Notes under the pieces: generated by a model
Databases searched by the model: none
Told to the model about the DNA's origin: nothing
Seen by the model: the letters and a program-made list of their open reading frames with translations, nothing else
Shown: one piece after another, positions 1 through 11,613 of the stretch
How positions within the stretch are numbered: position 1 is the first letter of the stretch
Layout of the letters: each line of letters starts with the position of its first letter
Position numbers and translations under genes: made by a program
Origin: Chiloscyllium plagiosum
Lineage: Eukaryota
Direction of reading: 5' to 3'
Assembly (NCBI RefSeq): GCF_004010195.1
Contig: NC_057758.1
Span: 1,446,927 to 1,510,926 of the forward strand
DNA: 64,000 nt

Positions 1-423
1 AGATGGAGTTGGAACTGGAGCTGGAGCTGGAACTGAATCTGGTGCTGGAGCTGGTGCTGGTGTTGGACCTGGAGCTGAAGTTCTCGTTGGTGCTGGAACT
101 GGTGTTGGAGTTCGAGCTGATGCTGGAGTTTGAGCTAATTTTGGAGCTGGAGATAGAACTGGAGCTGTAGCTGTAGCTGGAGCTTTTGTTGGAGCTGGCG
201 CTGGTGCTGGAGGAGCTGCAGCTGGTGCTGGACCTAGCGCTGGAGCTGCAGTTGCAGCTGGTGCTTGATGCAGAGTTGGTGCTGTTGCTGGAGCTGGTAT
301 TGGAGCTGGTGCTGGAGGTGGACCTGGAGCCAGAGGTAGTGCTGGAGGTGGACCTGGAGCTGCAGATGGAGCTGGTGCTGGAGTGGTGACGTTTCGGTTC
401 AGAGTGACAACTTCCCGTTTAAT
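1..423 (-). pseudogene. Pro/Ala/Thr-rich open frame (IKREVVTLNRNVTTPAPAPSAAPGPPPALPLAPG...), running off the window; possible C-terminal tail of the minus-strand defensin-like model
   Basis: 141 stop-free codons on the minus strand built from degenerate CCAGCT/CCAGCA hexamers. A Ser/Thr-rich frame is also open over the repeat. Begins immediately at the 3' tail of a CR1 insertion. Confidence 0.4.
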
Positions 424-427
424 CTTT

Positions 428-2004
428 AGAGTCGTCGAGCCATAGTGTCCTACAGCATGGAGACAAGTCATTTGACCCAAACTGGTGCATGCTGACGAAC
501 TTGTCCAACCCACCCTAACACCATTTCCCTAACCTTAGCCCGTATACTTCTGGATCTTTCCTAACCATGTATTTGTTTAAAAGTCTTTTAAATGTTATTA
601 ATGGAGCTCCTTAAAGACTTCTGCTTGCAGCTCATTCTATATATGTACTATGTCTGTCTCAAAACAATGACACTCAGGTTCGCTACTAAACTTAAACTGA
701 TGCCCTCCAGTCCTCGATTCTCCAACCCGAGTAAAAAGAATCATTGCATTCACCCTATCCATGCATCTCATGATCTTGTACACTTCTATCAGATTCCCCC
801 CTCAGTTTCTTATGTTTTAAAGAAATAGTCCTCGCTTGTCCAACCTCTCCGTATAACGCAGACCCTCGAGTCCAGGCAACATCCTTGTAACCTTTGTCTG
901 CATACTTGCCTATTTAAATAACATCCTTTCAAAGGCAAGATGACAAAAACTCAACACGATACTCCACGTGTGGCCACACCAACGCCTTGTAAAACTGCAA
1001 CATAACTTCCCAACTTCTACACTCAATGCTCTGACTAATGGAAACCAGTATCAACAGCCTTCTCCAATGTCCTCTCTACCTGTGACTCTGAAAGAGAACT
1101 GTGCACATGAACTTCGAGATCCCTCTGTTTCACTATACTCCTTAGGGCCCCACCATTCACCATGAAACTCCTACCTTGATTTGACTTTCCAAGCTGCAGG
1201 ACCTCACACTGTCAAAGGTCTTGTTAGGGCGGCATGGCAGCTCAGTGGTTAGCACTGCTGCCTCACAGCATCGGGGAGTTAGGTTCGATCTCTGTCTCGG
1301 GCGACCGTCTGTGTAGAGTTTGTACATTCTCCCCGTGACTGCGCGGGTTTGCTCCGCTTTCCTCAGGTGAATTGGCCATTATAAATTGCCCATAGTGTTA
1401 GATGCATTAGTTAGCGATAAATATAGGGTAGGGAAAATGATCTTGGTGGGTTATCCTTTGGAGGGTTGGTGTGCACTTATTAACCCTAATGGCCTGTTTC
1501 CGTACGATGAGATGGAGGGAATATAATTTAATCAAATTGCACTACATTTGTCATTTTCTGGTCCACTTCACCAGCTGGTTTATGTCCTGCTACAATTTTT
1601 GATAACCTTCCTCACTGTCCACGATACTGCCTATTTTATTGTCATCTGCAAACGTACTAATTGTGCCTTGTACCTTTTCATCCAAATCATTGATACAGAT
1701 AACAAACAGTAATGGGCCCAACACCAATCGCTGAGGCACTCCACTGATCACAGACTCCAGGCCCAGAAGCATCCTTCCACTCTCGCCCTCTGCTTCTTAC
1801 CATCCAGCCAACTGTGAATCCAACTTGCCAGCTCGTCCTGGATTCCATACCGTCTAACCTTCCAAAACAGCTTACCAAGTGGAACATTAGCAAAGGTCTT
1901 ACTGAAATCTATATCGACTGCGTCTACTGCCCTTCCCTCGTCATCCTTGCTTGTCACTTCGTAGAAGAACTCTAAGAAATTTGTGAGACACTATCTCCCA
2001 CACA
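428..2004 (-). mobile_element. 5'-truncated CR1 LINE (RT and 3' end), interrupted by a SINE
   Basis: ORF fragments with VDAVDIDFSKTF, SGVPQ and FADDNKIG motifs; GACTCTA-like tail near 428-445. Confidence 0.9.
1227..1530 (+). mobile_element. HE1-type tRNA-derived SINE
   Basis: GGGCGGCATGGCAGCTCAGTGGTTAGCACTGCTGCCTCACAGC head, B-box-like GGTTCGATC, LINE-like tail. Confidence 0.85.
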
Positions 2005-2128
2005 ATGGGACTAACGAAGTAACATTTATGAACCAAAAACACTTATTACGGATCAAACCTTCATCGCTCTGACAAGACCCTTGTCGACATGTCCCTCCTC
2101 CAATTCTGTGACATCCAAAGATCGCACC
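1991..2128 (-). pseudogene. Candidate exon C: beta-defensin-like Cys-rich segment (GAIFGCHRIGGGTCRQGSCQSDEGLIRNKCF...)
   Basis: Strong acceptor TTCTTGTTTTCCTTTAG|G at 2129/2128. Phase-0 frame gives C-x7-C-x4-C-x10-C with GGTC and C-x3-E. An alternative frame after a T5 run gives LVHKCYFV. Truncated by CR1 at about 2004. Confidence 0.4.
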
Positions 2129-2144
2129 CTAAAGGAAAACAAGA

Positions 2145-3040
2145 ACAGTTGTGTAATAAGGCCGCACTCGTTGAAATGTGTACAATTTTAGTCTCCCTGT
2201 TATAGAAAAAAACGCAGTTAAACTGGGAAGAGTGCAAAGAAGATTGTGGATGTTGTCAGGATAACTTTGCCTGAGTAATAAAGAAAGGTGGACCAGGGTA
2301 GAATCAACTTCCTTGGAAAGTAGGAGAATGTGTGGTAAAGTTATAAGATCATGAGAGGTCATAGGGCAAATGCATAGAGTTTTTTTCTCAGGGATGGGGA
2401 ATTGAAAACTAGAGGTGAGGGGGAAAGGTTTAAGAAGGACCTGAGGAGCAACTTCTTCACAAAGAATGGGGTGCATTAATGGATAGGGCTCCCAGAGAAA
2501 GGGGTTCAGGAAGGTACAATAGTAAAATATAAAATACATTTGGATAATTAGAATCATAGAATCCGTACAGTGTGTAAACAGGACCTTTGACCCAACAAAT
2601 TCACACCCACACTCCGTAGAATAACCCACTCAGTCCCGTTCCCCATTATGCTACGTTTACCCCTGACTAATGCACCTAACCTATGCATCCATCAACACTG
2701 TTGGCATTTTAGCATGGCCAATTCACCTAATCTTCACATCTTTGTATTGTCGGAGAAAACCAGAGCACCAGGAGAAAACCCACGCAGACACGGGGGGAAT
2801 GTACAAGCTCCACACAGTCAGCTGATGCTGGAATTAAATCCTGTACCATAGCTCTGTGAGGCAGGAGTACTAACCACTGAGCCACCGTGCCGCCCTGCAC
2901 GGTAGATGGATGTGAAAGGTTTGGCGGGACATGGACCAAATCCAGACTATTGGAACTAGCCGAGTGGACACCGTGGTCAGCATGGGACAGTTTGTGCTGA
3001 AGGGTCTGTTTCGATGCTGAATTATTCAATGACTTTGTGA
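2145..3040 (+). mobile_element. CR1 LINE 3' fragment with nested minus-strand HE1 SINE (about 2548-2895)
   Basis: Degenerate [10 protein letters not shown] and YKIMRG regions; SINE head GCCACCGTGCCGCCC at about 2881-2895. Confidence 0.8.
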
Positions 3041-3049
3041 CAAATTAGA

Positions 3050-3900
3050 TGCAGCCAAGACCTCTCACTATGCTCCCAATTTGGTCCGATCGGGGAGCTG
3101 GACTAGACATTTCGCTCTGTATAATCAGAATAGGGGAGAATGGATAGAAACTGACCACTATGTTCTTAATGTGTTCTGTTAAGGGAGGGGAAGGCAGGGA
3201 GTGTACACTGTGCTCCCAGTGTGGTCTGTTAGGGGAGGATAAGGCATGGACTGCAAACTGTACCCCCAGTGTGGTCCAAATACTTCTGGTGGAGGCAGAG
3301 ACTGTGCACTGTACTGCCAGTGTGGCCAGAACAGGGCTCTTTGTTCCTAGTGTTGTTTAGAAGGGAAGATGGAGGGACGAACTGGGGATGGTGCTAGCAG
3401 TATGGGACGAGAACTGTGCACTTATTTAAAGTGTCCAAACACGGGAGATGCAGGGAGGGACAATGAACTGTGCTCCCAGTGCAGTCCAAGCAGCGGAGAT
3501 AGAGGCAGGAAATATGCATCGTGTTCCCAGTGCGGTCTTAATAGAACAAATGGTGGCAAGGACTGGACTGTGTGCTTCCAGTGCGGACTGAATAAGCGAG
3601 ATGGAGGTAGAGACTGTACACTATGCTTCCAGTGAGTTCTGAACACCGGAAATGGAGGCAGAGACTGTGCACTGCTTTCCCAATTCGGTCTGAACAGGAG
3701 TGAATGAAGGAGGGACAGTGCACCGTGCTCCCAATATGGTCTGAACAGGGCAGATGGAGGCAGGGACTGTAGACTATGTTCCCAGTGCATTCTGAACACC
3801 AGAGATGGAGGCAGAGACTGTGCACTGTTTTCCCAATATGGTCTGAACAGGGGTGATTGAAGGAGGGACTATGCACTGCACTCTTGGTGTGGCCTAACTG
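3050..3900 (-). repeat. About 51-bp degenerate tandem repeat derived from a CR1 ORF2 motif
   Basis: Minus-strand translation has a 17-aa period (RPHWEHSVQSLPP), resembling CR1 [13 protein letters not shown]. Confidence 0.75.
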
Positions 3901-3965
3901 ATGAACTCTGACACCAGAATTGTCATAATCAACAACTTCGAAGTATGCAAAAGGGTTTAACATAC

Positions 3966-4102
3966 AGACAGCTGATAACCAAGTACAAAATTGAGAACTC
4001 TATCAAATTTGGAAACAGTCTCAAACTCAGTTGGCTCATAAGTGACAGATCTCTTCATGAAGCAAGGCGAAAATCTAGAATTAAATTGGGGTGGTCTCTT
4101 AT
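3966..4102 (-). CDS. Candidate exon B (pro-region; (D)KRPPQFNSRFSPCFMKRSVTYEPTEFETVSKFDRVLNFVLGYQLS)
   Basis: Acceptor CTGCCGTTCATCTAG|AT (phase 1), donor TCT|GTATGT (phase 0), no stops; phases fit exons A and C. Confidence 0.3.
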
Positions 4103-4225
4103 CTAGATGAACGGCAGTTCTGGTACATGTGGGTAGATCATTTCTTCTCGTATCTACCAATGAATCATCAGATTGGCGATTTATCGGTTCCGTTACCCAC
4201 ATGGAGAAACCGTGTTCTCATTCAC

Positions 4226-4292
4226 CATTCAGAAGCAATGGGCTATCCCAGCACAGGAAACATACCCATACCGAGAGCAGTACTTCCCACAT
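4226..4292 (-). CDS. Candidate exon A coding part: signal-peptide-like MWEVLLSVWVCFLCWDSPLLLN
   Basis: Acceptor TCTTCTCGGTGTCTTTCAG at 4309/4308, ATG in AAGATGT context at 4292, donor ATG|GTGAAT (phase 1) at 4226/4225. Confidence 0.3.
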
Positions 4293-4484
4293 CTTCAGCT
4301 GATCTCCTCTGAAAGACACCGAGAAGACCAGATTCTACAAGCCACTTATAACAACACACATTGTCTTAGGTGATTGAACACAAGCACTTCATAAGCACTT
4401 CATCCAACTTGGGCATGTTGAATGGACAGTTGTCGAGCCAAATGATACTCCTCACAAATTTTTCCAAGCTTCTCACCAATGTTA

Positions 4485-5050
4485 TTATATTAATGTCCCT
4501 CCAAGATTGCTCAGCAGCATCTTCACAATTCACTATTCACCCTAACTAACATCCACAAGACATTTAGGGAGAATCCGCTCAACACCAACTCCAAATCAAA
4601 GCTAAGTCAAAACAAGCGATGATGCCAATACCAATCCTTGGGGAATACCACTTCAGATTGTCTCCAATTGGAGAAATGCCTGTCTATACACACCTGCTGT
4701 TTCCTAACTTTTAACAAACTGCTAATCCATGATATAAAGATCCGTCCATTCCAAATATTCCTGGCATGATAACCAATCTGCCACTTGGCACTGTATCAAA
4801 TGTTTTTTTGAAAGTTCAAAAATGCAACATTTACAGCATTCCCTCATGTTGCTATCTCTGTCACTCGTCAAACAGGTCAATCAGATTTGTCAGACATGAC
4901 CTGACCTCTGCAAATTGTCGAGTATCGATTTTTTTCTCTAAGTAAATGATTACTTTATGCCAAATTATGGCCTCCTTCAGTTTTCCCTCTATTGACGCCA
5001 AGCTGATAGCTCTATAGTTTAACCCTTTCTGAAACAACAATGTCACTTTT
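4485..5050 (-). mobile_element. Old CR1 LINE RT fragment
   Basis: NYRAISLASI, RSCLTNLIDLFDE, GIPQG and VNCEDAAEQ-like motifs. Confidence 0.8.
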
Positions 5051-5339
5051 AAAAACGTCTTTTGTTCAAGAAGCTCATTATAGAAAAAAAGATGAATGTG
5101 GCTGGATTCTGTGGAGATTATGCAGAGGTTTCCTGGTTCTGAGATCAGGTTCCTACAGCAATTACCATCTTGGTTTCTGAGAAATACGAGCCCACCCAGT
5201 GTAGAGTCCTTCTCCTGATTTTCATTGAATTTAGGGCTCTATGCAGCCACACTTAGACGAATGCTGTCTCGTTATGAAGGGAAATCGCCCTGCATTTCCA
5301 ATTTTGGCCTAAATGGTTGCTCTATGTTTGGACAATAGC

Positions 5340-5920
5340 GCACAGAATCACAGAATATTTTGGGTGCAGCAGAAGGCCGAGCGCTCCATCCTTTCTGCAC
5401 TGGCTCTTTGATAGTGCATCATGACTAAATTACAATTTTCTTGCCTTTCACTAGAACCGTGCATATCAATCCCATTCAAACCTTCACTTAATGCCTCTCT
5501 TGAAAACCTCGTTGGAACCTATCTTCACCATACGTCCAGGCAGCAGATTCTCGAACACAACCATGTGCTTTGAGAAAGAGATTCCTGTCTCACGTCATGT
5601 TTGTTGCTTTTCAAATCACTTCAAATCTATGCCTGACCCCACACCACCAGTTTGCTGTTTATTTATGAGGAAAAAACGTTTATCCTGTTCTTCTCTGTCC
5701 AACTCCTTCGTCAAGGGGAGTTCATCCTCCCCTATCAAGTCCCCCTCTTATCTTCTCCTGTGCAAAGAGAAAAATCCCACATTCTTCAATCTTCGGTAGT
5801 GACGTTTCTCACCCAGAAACCATATTTGCAAAGCTCTGTCGCATTTGTTTTGTCTCCAGTATGCCCCTATCCAGCCCAGAGTATGCTTTTCAGAACTGTG
5901 GGTAATCCTCCAGCTTAGAG
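5340..5920 (-). mobile_element. Old CR1-clade LINE 3' end
   Basis: CACAGAATCACAGAAT tail and degenerate FSLHRRRLRGDL-like segment. Confidence 0.6.
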
Positions 5921-6334
5921 GCATTAAAACAATAATGAACATGACTGGGTGTAACTATGGAACTTTACAAGTTTACCCAGAGGCAGTTACAATCCATGAT
6001 GAGAAATCTGTATATCCCTACTGCTAATAGACACAGTATCTGAATGTGTGAAGTTTCTGTTTTTATATAATCAACTCATACAAGATCAACACACATAATT
6101 TCACAATATTGACAAATCAATCCGGTTATCATCAGTATTCAATCTTTCAGATCCGAGCACTATCCCCACGGGGAGATAGTGAGCTGGTTGGTTCATATTC
6201 TGGAAGAGCTAATTCTTTCAAATTAGCGGAAGCTTTTCGGAATTGATGACGATTGGTGGGTCGCTTCAGAGATAATTTTTAACAAGTCATCAATGATTCT
6301 GCATTACTTAACCATCTGGACAGATGAATAAGGC

Positions 6335-7030
6335 AGTGTGAGAGAGACACACAAAGAGATAGCGTGAAGACAGACCGAGAGGAAAGGGAGGTACGAGAAC
6401 AGAACTATAATGATACAAAGGAAGCGAATGAGATTAAGAAGTGAAAACAACAGAGATCATGATATGGACAGAGTGGGAGAGAAGGAAGGGAGGAATCCAG
6501 CGATTAAGAGAGTCGGGAAAGAAGGAGAAATTGGAGTAAGGCGGCGCTGTGGATAGACGGGTAAAAATGGAAATGGAAAGGAGAGGGAAAGAAAGAGAGA
6601 AAAGAAGGAAATGAGACAGAGAGAGAGAGAGAGAATTGAGATAGTGGTCGAGACAAAAGTAAGTCGATGAAAGGATTAGAGAACAAGAAGGAATCATACA
6701 ATCAAAGAATCATACAGAACAGATGCAGCTATTTGGCCCATCAAGTCTGTAATGCCAATAATATGGAGAGTGTTGGAAAAATTGAAAGACAGTGACGCAG
6801 AGAGAGAGCTCAGAGAATTATTCTTGGAAGGATACGGTCTAACATCATTTTCTGTCTCAGGTTTCCAGTCCCAGAATGGCCAGAGTTCTGTGCAGAGAGC
6901 GAATTCCTGGGGAAAGGTTGTCAATGTTGCAAGTCCGCACTAACATTGTCCATCTCTCTCTCTCTCTNNNNNNNNNNNNNNNNNNNNNNNNNNNNNNNNN
7001 NNNNNNNNNNNNNNNNNNNNNNNNTCTCTC
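6335..7030. repeat. GA/CT-rich low-complexity region including a 57-N gap (6968-7024)
   Basis: Purine-rich runs; (CT)n flanks the gap. Confidence 0.8.
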
Positions 7031-7869
7031 CTCCTTCATATTAGGCCGTTCAACAGAACAGCTTGGATAAGTTCCTGGTCTCCTGCCCCATTCCACGGAT
7101 CAGTTTATGTTTATTTCAGTTGCTGGCATGTGCAGCACCTTGGGCCACTTGGTGCTTTCGCGGCATCAATAAAATTAACTTGAAAAGAGGAAATTAAATC
7201 AAAACCTAGCCTTCTATCAGATGCTGTCGGCCAAGAGCAGCAGAAGATGAGACTACAGTGGTTTAAGCAGGCAGATCACCACCATCTTCTCAAAGGCAGC
7301 TTGGCTATGCACTAAATGCTGGCCCAGACAGAGCCACCCAGATCACACTAATGAATAAAAATCGAAAATTGAATTGAACAATCAATAATCGCGCAGCTGG
7401 GACATTTAATGCAATCTCCATTTCCTATCGACTATGTTTCAATGCAGAGGATGTCAGGAGTGACATCAGACAAACCTAAAGAATTAGGGGACAACCTGCG
7501 AAAGATTTAACAGAGAAATATATGGGTTCTAAACAGTAGTAGCAGCACAGGCGAGTTATATAATGTGTGATAATCGGAGCTCTATGATACCCACACTGAC
7601 TGAATCAGAATCCCAGTCCATCCACACCTATTTGTGGGGTTTGATTACAAACCTCGAACATAGGATCAATCTCCTCATATTTCTCCATTATGAATCTGTG
7701 TCATTCCAGACCTTTTATAACAGAGACACAGCTGAAGGACTTCAGAACACGTTCTCCACCAGAAGTGTTTTCCTCATTATCCCATGGCTCCCTATGATGA
7801 ACGCAGATGTAGAGTGAGTGCACATACCATCCTTCAGAAACAGATCGCCCTCTAAGATTTCGCAGTGTT

Positions 7870-9570
7870 ATACAAAGTTAATTTTAATGGGTAAACACTC
7901 AGCTGATTGGAGTCACAACTAGCATATGGGAAGATAGTTATAATTGTTGGAATTCAGTCGCCTCAACTCCAGCACATTTCTGCAGGCTTTCCTCAGGTTT
8001 GTACCCAACGTCCAACATTCTTCAGCTGCTTCGCTAATGATCTTTACTCCATCGTAATGGGATGAACAATGTTCAGCACCATTCACGATTCCTCAGATAT
8101 TGAAATACTTATTGCCAAAATTCAGCAGAGCTGGACAATATCCAGCTTGGTCTGACAACTGGAAAGGAACATTCATGTCAAATAAGCACCAGACACTGAC
8201 CATCTCCATGAAGAAGGCATCTAACCATCGTCCGTTGACACTCAAAGGCATCACAAGCACCCACACTGTCAGCACACAGGGATAGGAAGGGCAGGAGGAA
8301 GACACCTTTGAGCAGAAAACCACACGACTCACCACTTAAATGTTGCAACAGGTGAGAGGTGAGAAATCCTATGGTGAATAGACCATCTCCAGATTCCGCA
8401 AATTCCAGACAAGGCACAAGGCAAGTCAGGAATGTCACGGAATACTCTACAAGTGATTGGGTACAGCTCCAAAATCACTCGACACCTCCACACCATCCAG
8501 GAAAAGACATCCCCAGTTAATTGTTACCTCATCCAAAAACATTCGCTCACCCTCAAACATTCCGTCCCCTGACGACTGGCACTCAGCAGCAGCAGTGTTT
8601 ACTATTTGCAAGGTGCACTGCAGAACTTCAACAAAGTTGAAACACCTTCCAAATGCATAACCACGGTCGTGGAGAACTGTAGAGAATGACCAGGAAAGCA
8701 GAGAGTTCTTCTAGAAGATGATATTTTATTTGCAAACAAAAGCCGGGACAACTAACAAGCGAAGTCTTGATTGGCCCAGAGCCTCAGGGGTCCGTTGATC
8801 TTTATATCTTTTGGTTCTCGTATTTCCTTCAAGCTTATCAATATGTCCAACAGTGTTAGTTAGGGTTATATTTCTACCGATGTTCAATAAACCAATGATG
8901 TTAGTTCCTGTCATCTCTATATTTCTGCCACTATGGTCTTTCCTACCTTCAATTAATCTTATTCTAATGTGTCACAATTAGATATTTACTATCACGTTTG
9001 CCACAATGCTCTTCAATCTCAGGCTAACCCTGCTAAATACTGATTGGATATTTGCTGTCACATTTTGCCACGATGATCTTTTGAAGCCGAGGCTGACTTC
9101 AATGTTATCTCATCCTGTCACAATGATCTTTTAGCCCCAGCCTGACTCTACTAATTGGTGCAGCAACTTTCCACGGCCCCTTTGATGAAGTCTTTCGATT
9201 TGTGTAACATTTCACAGATCCCTTGTAGTAGTCTTTATACTTTAACCCTTCCCATGACTTTATGATCTTTATTTTCCATACTATTTCCTTCGAGAAGAAA
9301 CAAGGGCAGCAGATACATGGGAAAATCACTTGCAAATTCCCCACGAAGATATTCGCCATCCTCAGTTGGAAACATTTCATTGTTTCGTCACTAACGCTGA
9401 GTCAAAATCTTGGAATTCCCTCCCTAATGGCATTATGGGTTAACCAACAGCACGTGGACGTCAATGGTTCAAGTCGGTCACTCATCCCCACTTGTCAAGG
9501 GACAGTTAGGAGAGCGGCAATACATGCTGACTCGGTGAACAGCTCTCAGTTCTCAGGCAAGAACTCATGA
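7870..9570 (+). mobile_element. CR1/L2-clade LINE 3' part, split by a solo LTR
   Basis: Degenerate FPQG...PTFFSCFANDL RT segment. The element resumes at 9281 (CAAGGGCAGCAGATACATGGGAA...). Confidence 0.75.
8665..9280 (-). mobile_element. Solo LTR, ERV-like
   Basis: Minus strand reads TATGGAAAAT...GATATAAAG (TATA)...AATAAA...CTCCACGACC. Interrupts a LINE with a degenerate 4-bp TSD (CCAC/CTAT). Confidence 0.6.
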
Positions 9571-9882
9571 CGATTGATATTCAATATTTTGGTTTTCATT
9601 TGTCCGCCCAACCGATCAACATTGAGCTGTTGCTACATGTTCTGGGATAGCCCCTTCCTTGGAACTTTGCCGAAAATTGTCAGATAGGATAGAACCGCAT
9701 GGCTTCAAAAGGTAAATATTTAACGGAGCTAACAAATCGCTTGGAATCAGAAACATTTAAATATCACGGCAGACAGATGGCCAAGGGTGATAGAGACATG
9801 GAAGGATTGCGTGGCGTTTGAAGGGGGCGGGGTCGGGGGAGGTAGAAATGGAATGATAATGATGCAGAGGCACAGTGCAAGA

Positions 9883-10582
9883 TGTTACGACACGGGATAA
9901 GCTTTCCTGCTTAATTTAAAATCAGTAGCACAGAAAAGATTTATCCCATGTAGTAATCTGTAAAGCATTAAGTGGTCAAGAACTGTGTAAAGTAAAAACT
10001 TACAACTTTATTCCTTAAAGCATAACAGAGAATAATTAACTAACCACTAGTTACAATTTCTTTCTCTACTCTATCTTTTACCTTTCTTTCTATAATACTA
10101 GTCCGATAAAACTCCCGCTTAAGATTTACAAAACAGCATTTCTTATCTCAAAACCAGGCAGTTGTAGGCCCTTGTCTTCGGATCTTCCTGCGTCTTCTTT
10201 ACTCCTTGTTAGGAATTTCTGCTTCACAGGTTATTGATCGAAAAGGTACTTTCAACATGGATTATTTTTTCAAGCAGTCTGGTACATGCTAGAATTGGCA
10301 GTTCTCCTCTCAACTGTTCAAATTTCCCCTGGTCATATGCCCCAGGTTGTGTCATTTGCATTTAAGTCGAGACACTTAATTCAAACTTGATGGGAAATTG
10401 GTATTTTATCAGGGTATAACATAAACTGATTGGCCGAAATTTATTTTTGTCTCCAGGCAACGAACTACTGGTTATTCAACCCAGTGCTACATACATTGTT
10501 AGCTTATTGAAAAACTTGGTGCTGTGTCCGGTAGGTTTTCTGCTTTTAACTTTCTAAAAGGTACACCCACATCTTCATAACA
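9883..10582 (-). mobile_element. Solo LTR (Gypsy-type)
   Basis: TGTTACGA...TCATAACA termini with 4-bp TSD AAGA/AAGG; orientation inferred from similarity to the LTR at about 13100. Confidence 0.8.
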
Positions 10583-10919
10583 AAGGAGAGGAAGAGATAA
10601 TAATTAAGGAGCAGACATGGAAAGGAGGAAGGTACTGACGTTTGGGACAGAGAAGAAATGCGATAATGGGAAAGAGGCAAGGATTCAGAACACACTTGGA
10701 GCGCTGGGCACAGTCCTGGTCTCCGTATACTTTACTTTCTAAAAGGTACACCCACATCTTCATAACAAAGGTAGAGGAAGAGATAATAATTAAGGAGCAG
10801 ACATGGAAAGGAGGAAGGTACTGACATTTGGGACAGAGAAGAAATGCGATAATGGGAAAGAGGCAAGGATTCAGAACACACTTGGAGCGCTGGGCACAGT
10901 CCTGGTCTCCGTATACTTT
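10549..10919 (+). repeat. Near-perfect 185/186-bp tandem duplication
   Basis: 10549-10733 vs 10734-10919, differing by about one indel and one substitution. Confidence 0.95.
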
Positions 10920-11278
10920 AGATAGTCCAGGCTTGGAGCGGTGTGCACAGGGCTAGTCTTCATATCCCTTAGTTAGACCACGCTTGGAACAGTTTGCAGT
11001 TCTAGTCTGCACGCTCTTCAGTTTGAAGACACTTCGACTGTGCTCATTCATGAGTTTCATATCTCTTACTTCGGCAACAGTCATAGCACTGTTCCACTCA
11101 TTTATAAAACACTGGGAGCACTGTGCACAATTCAGGTCTCTGTATTCCTCTGTTGGAATACAGTGGAAACAGAGTGCACTGTTCTGGTCTCTGTATTTCT
11201 CGGGTAGAAGACACTGGGAGCACTGTGTACTGTTCAGGTCTCTATGTCCATCAGTTAGAATAGACTGTGAACACTGTG
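10690..11278 (+). repeat. CR1-motif-derived tandem repeat (same type as 3050-3900)
   Basis: Repeated ACACTGGGAGCACTGTGCACA-like units translating as HWEHCAQF. Confidence 0.7.
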
Positions 11279-11613
11279 TGTTATGACATGGCGATAAACC
11301 CTTCTGCTAATTAAAACAAATGAAGATTTAGAGCCCCTTAAGGGGCCTTTCGGTCTGAGATCGGTCAAATAATCAACGGAATGCTATCTGTACTGACAAA
11401 CACACTGAAAAGCTCACCTTGCCTCGTAATCAGTCAAAGTATGAATGAAAGAGATCTACATAAATTCCAATATTTAAAGAAAAAAATAACAACTTTATTG
11501 TTTAATTCTAAACTTAACATTAAACAGCAATTGCTTACAACTCTAAGCCTGTATTCTCTTAAACGTTTGTCATCTACCTCCTACTCTATAACATTATACT
11601 GATCCAACAAAGC

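Noticed and set aside
186..389. Plus-strand Leu/Glu-rich ORF
   Set aside because: Antisense reading of the hexamer-repeat tract; non-ATG start and a stop upstream in this frame.
3900..4480. Possible endogenous viral fragment
   Set aside because: No viral motifs in translation. The adjacent part is CR1 RT and the rest is better explained as candidate exons.
7563..7817. 84-aa plus-strand ORF with a donor-like GTGAGT
   Set aside because: No recognisable domain or partner exons.
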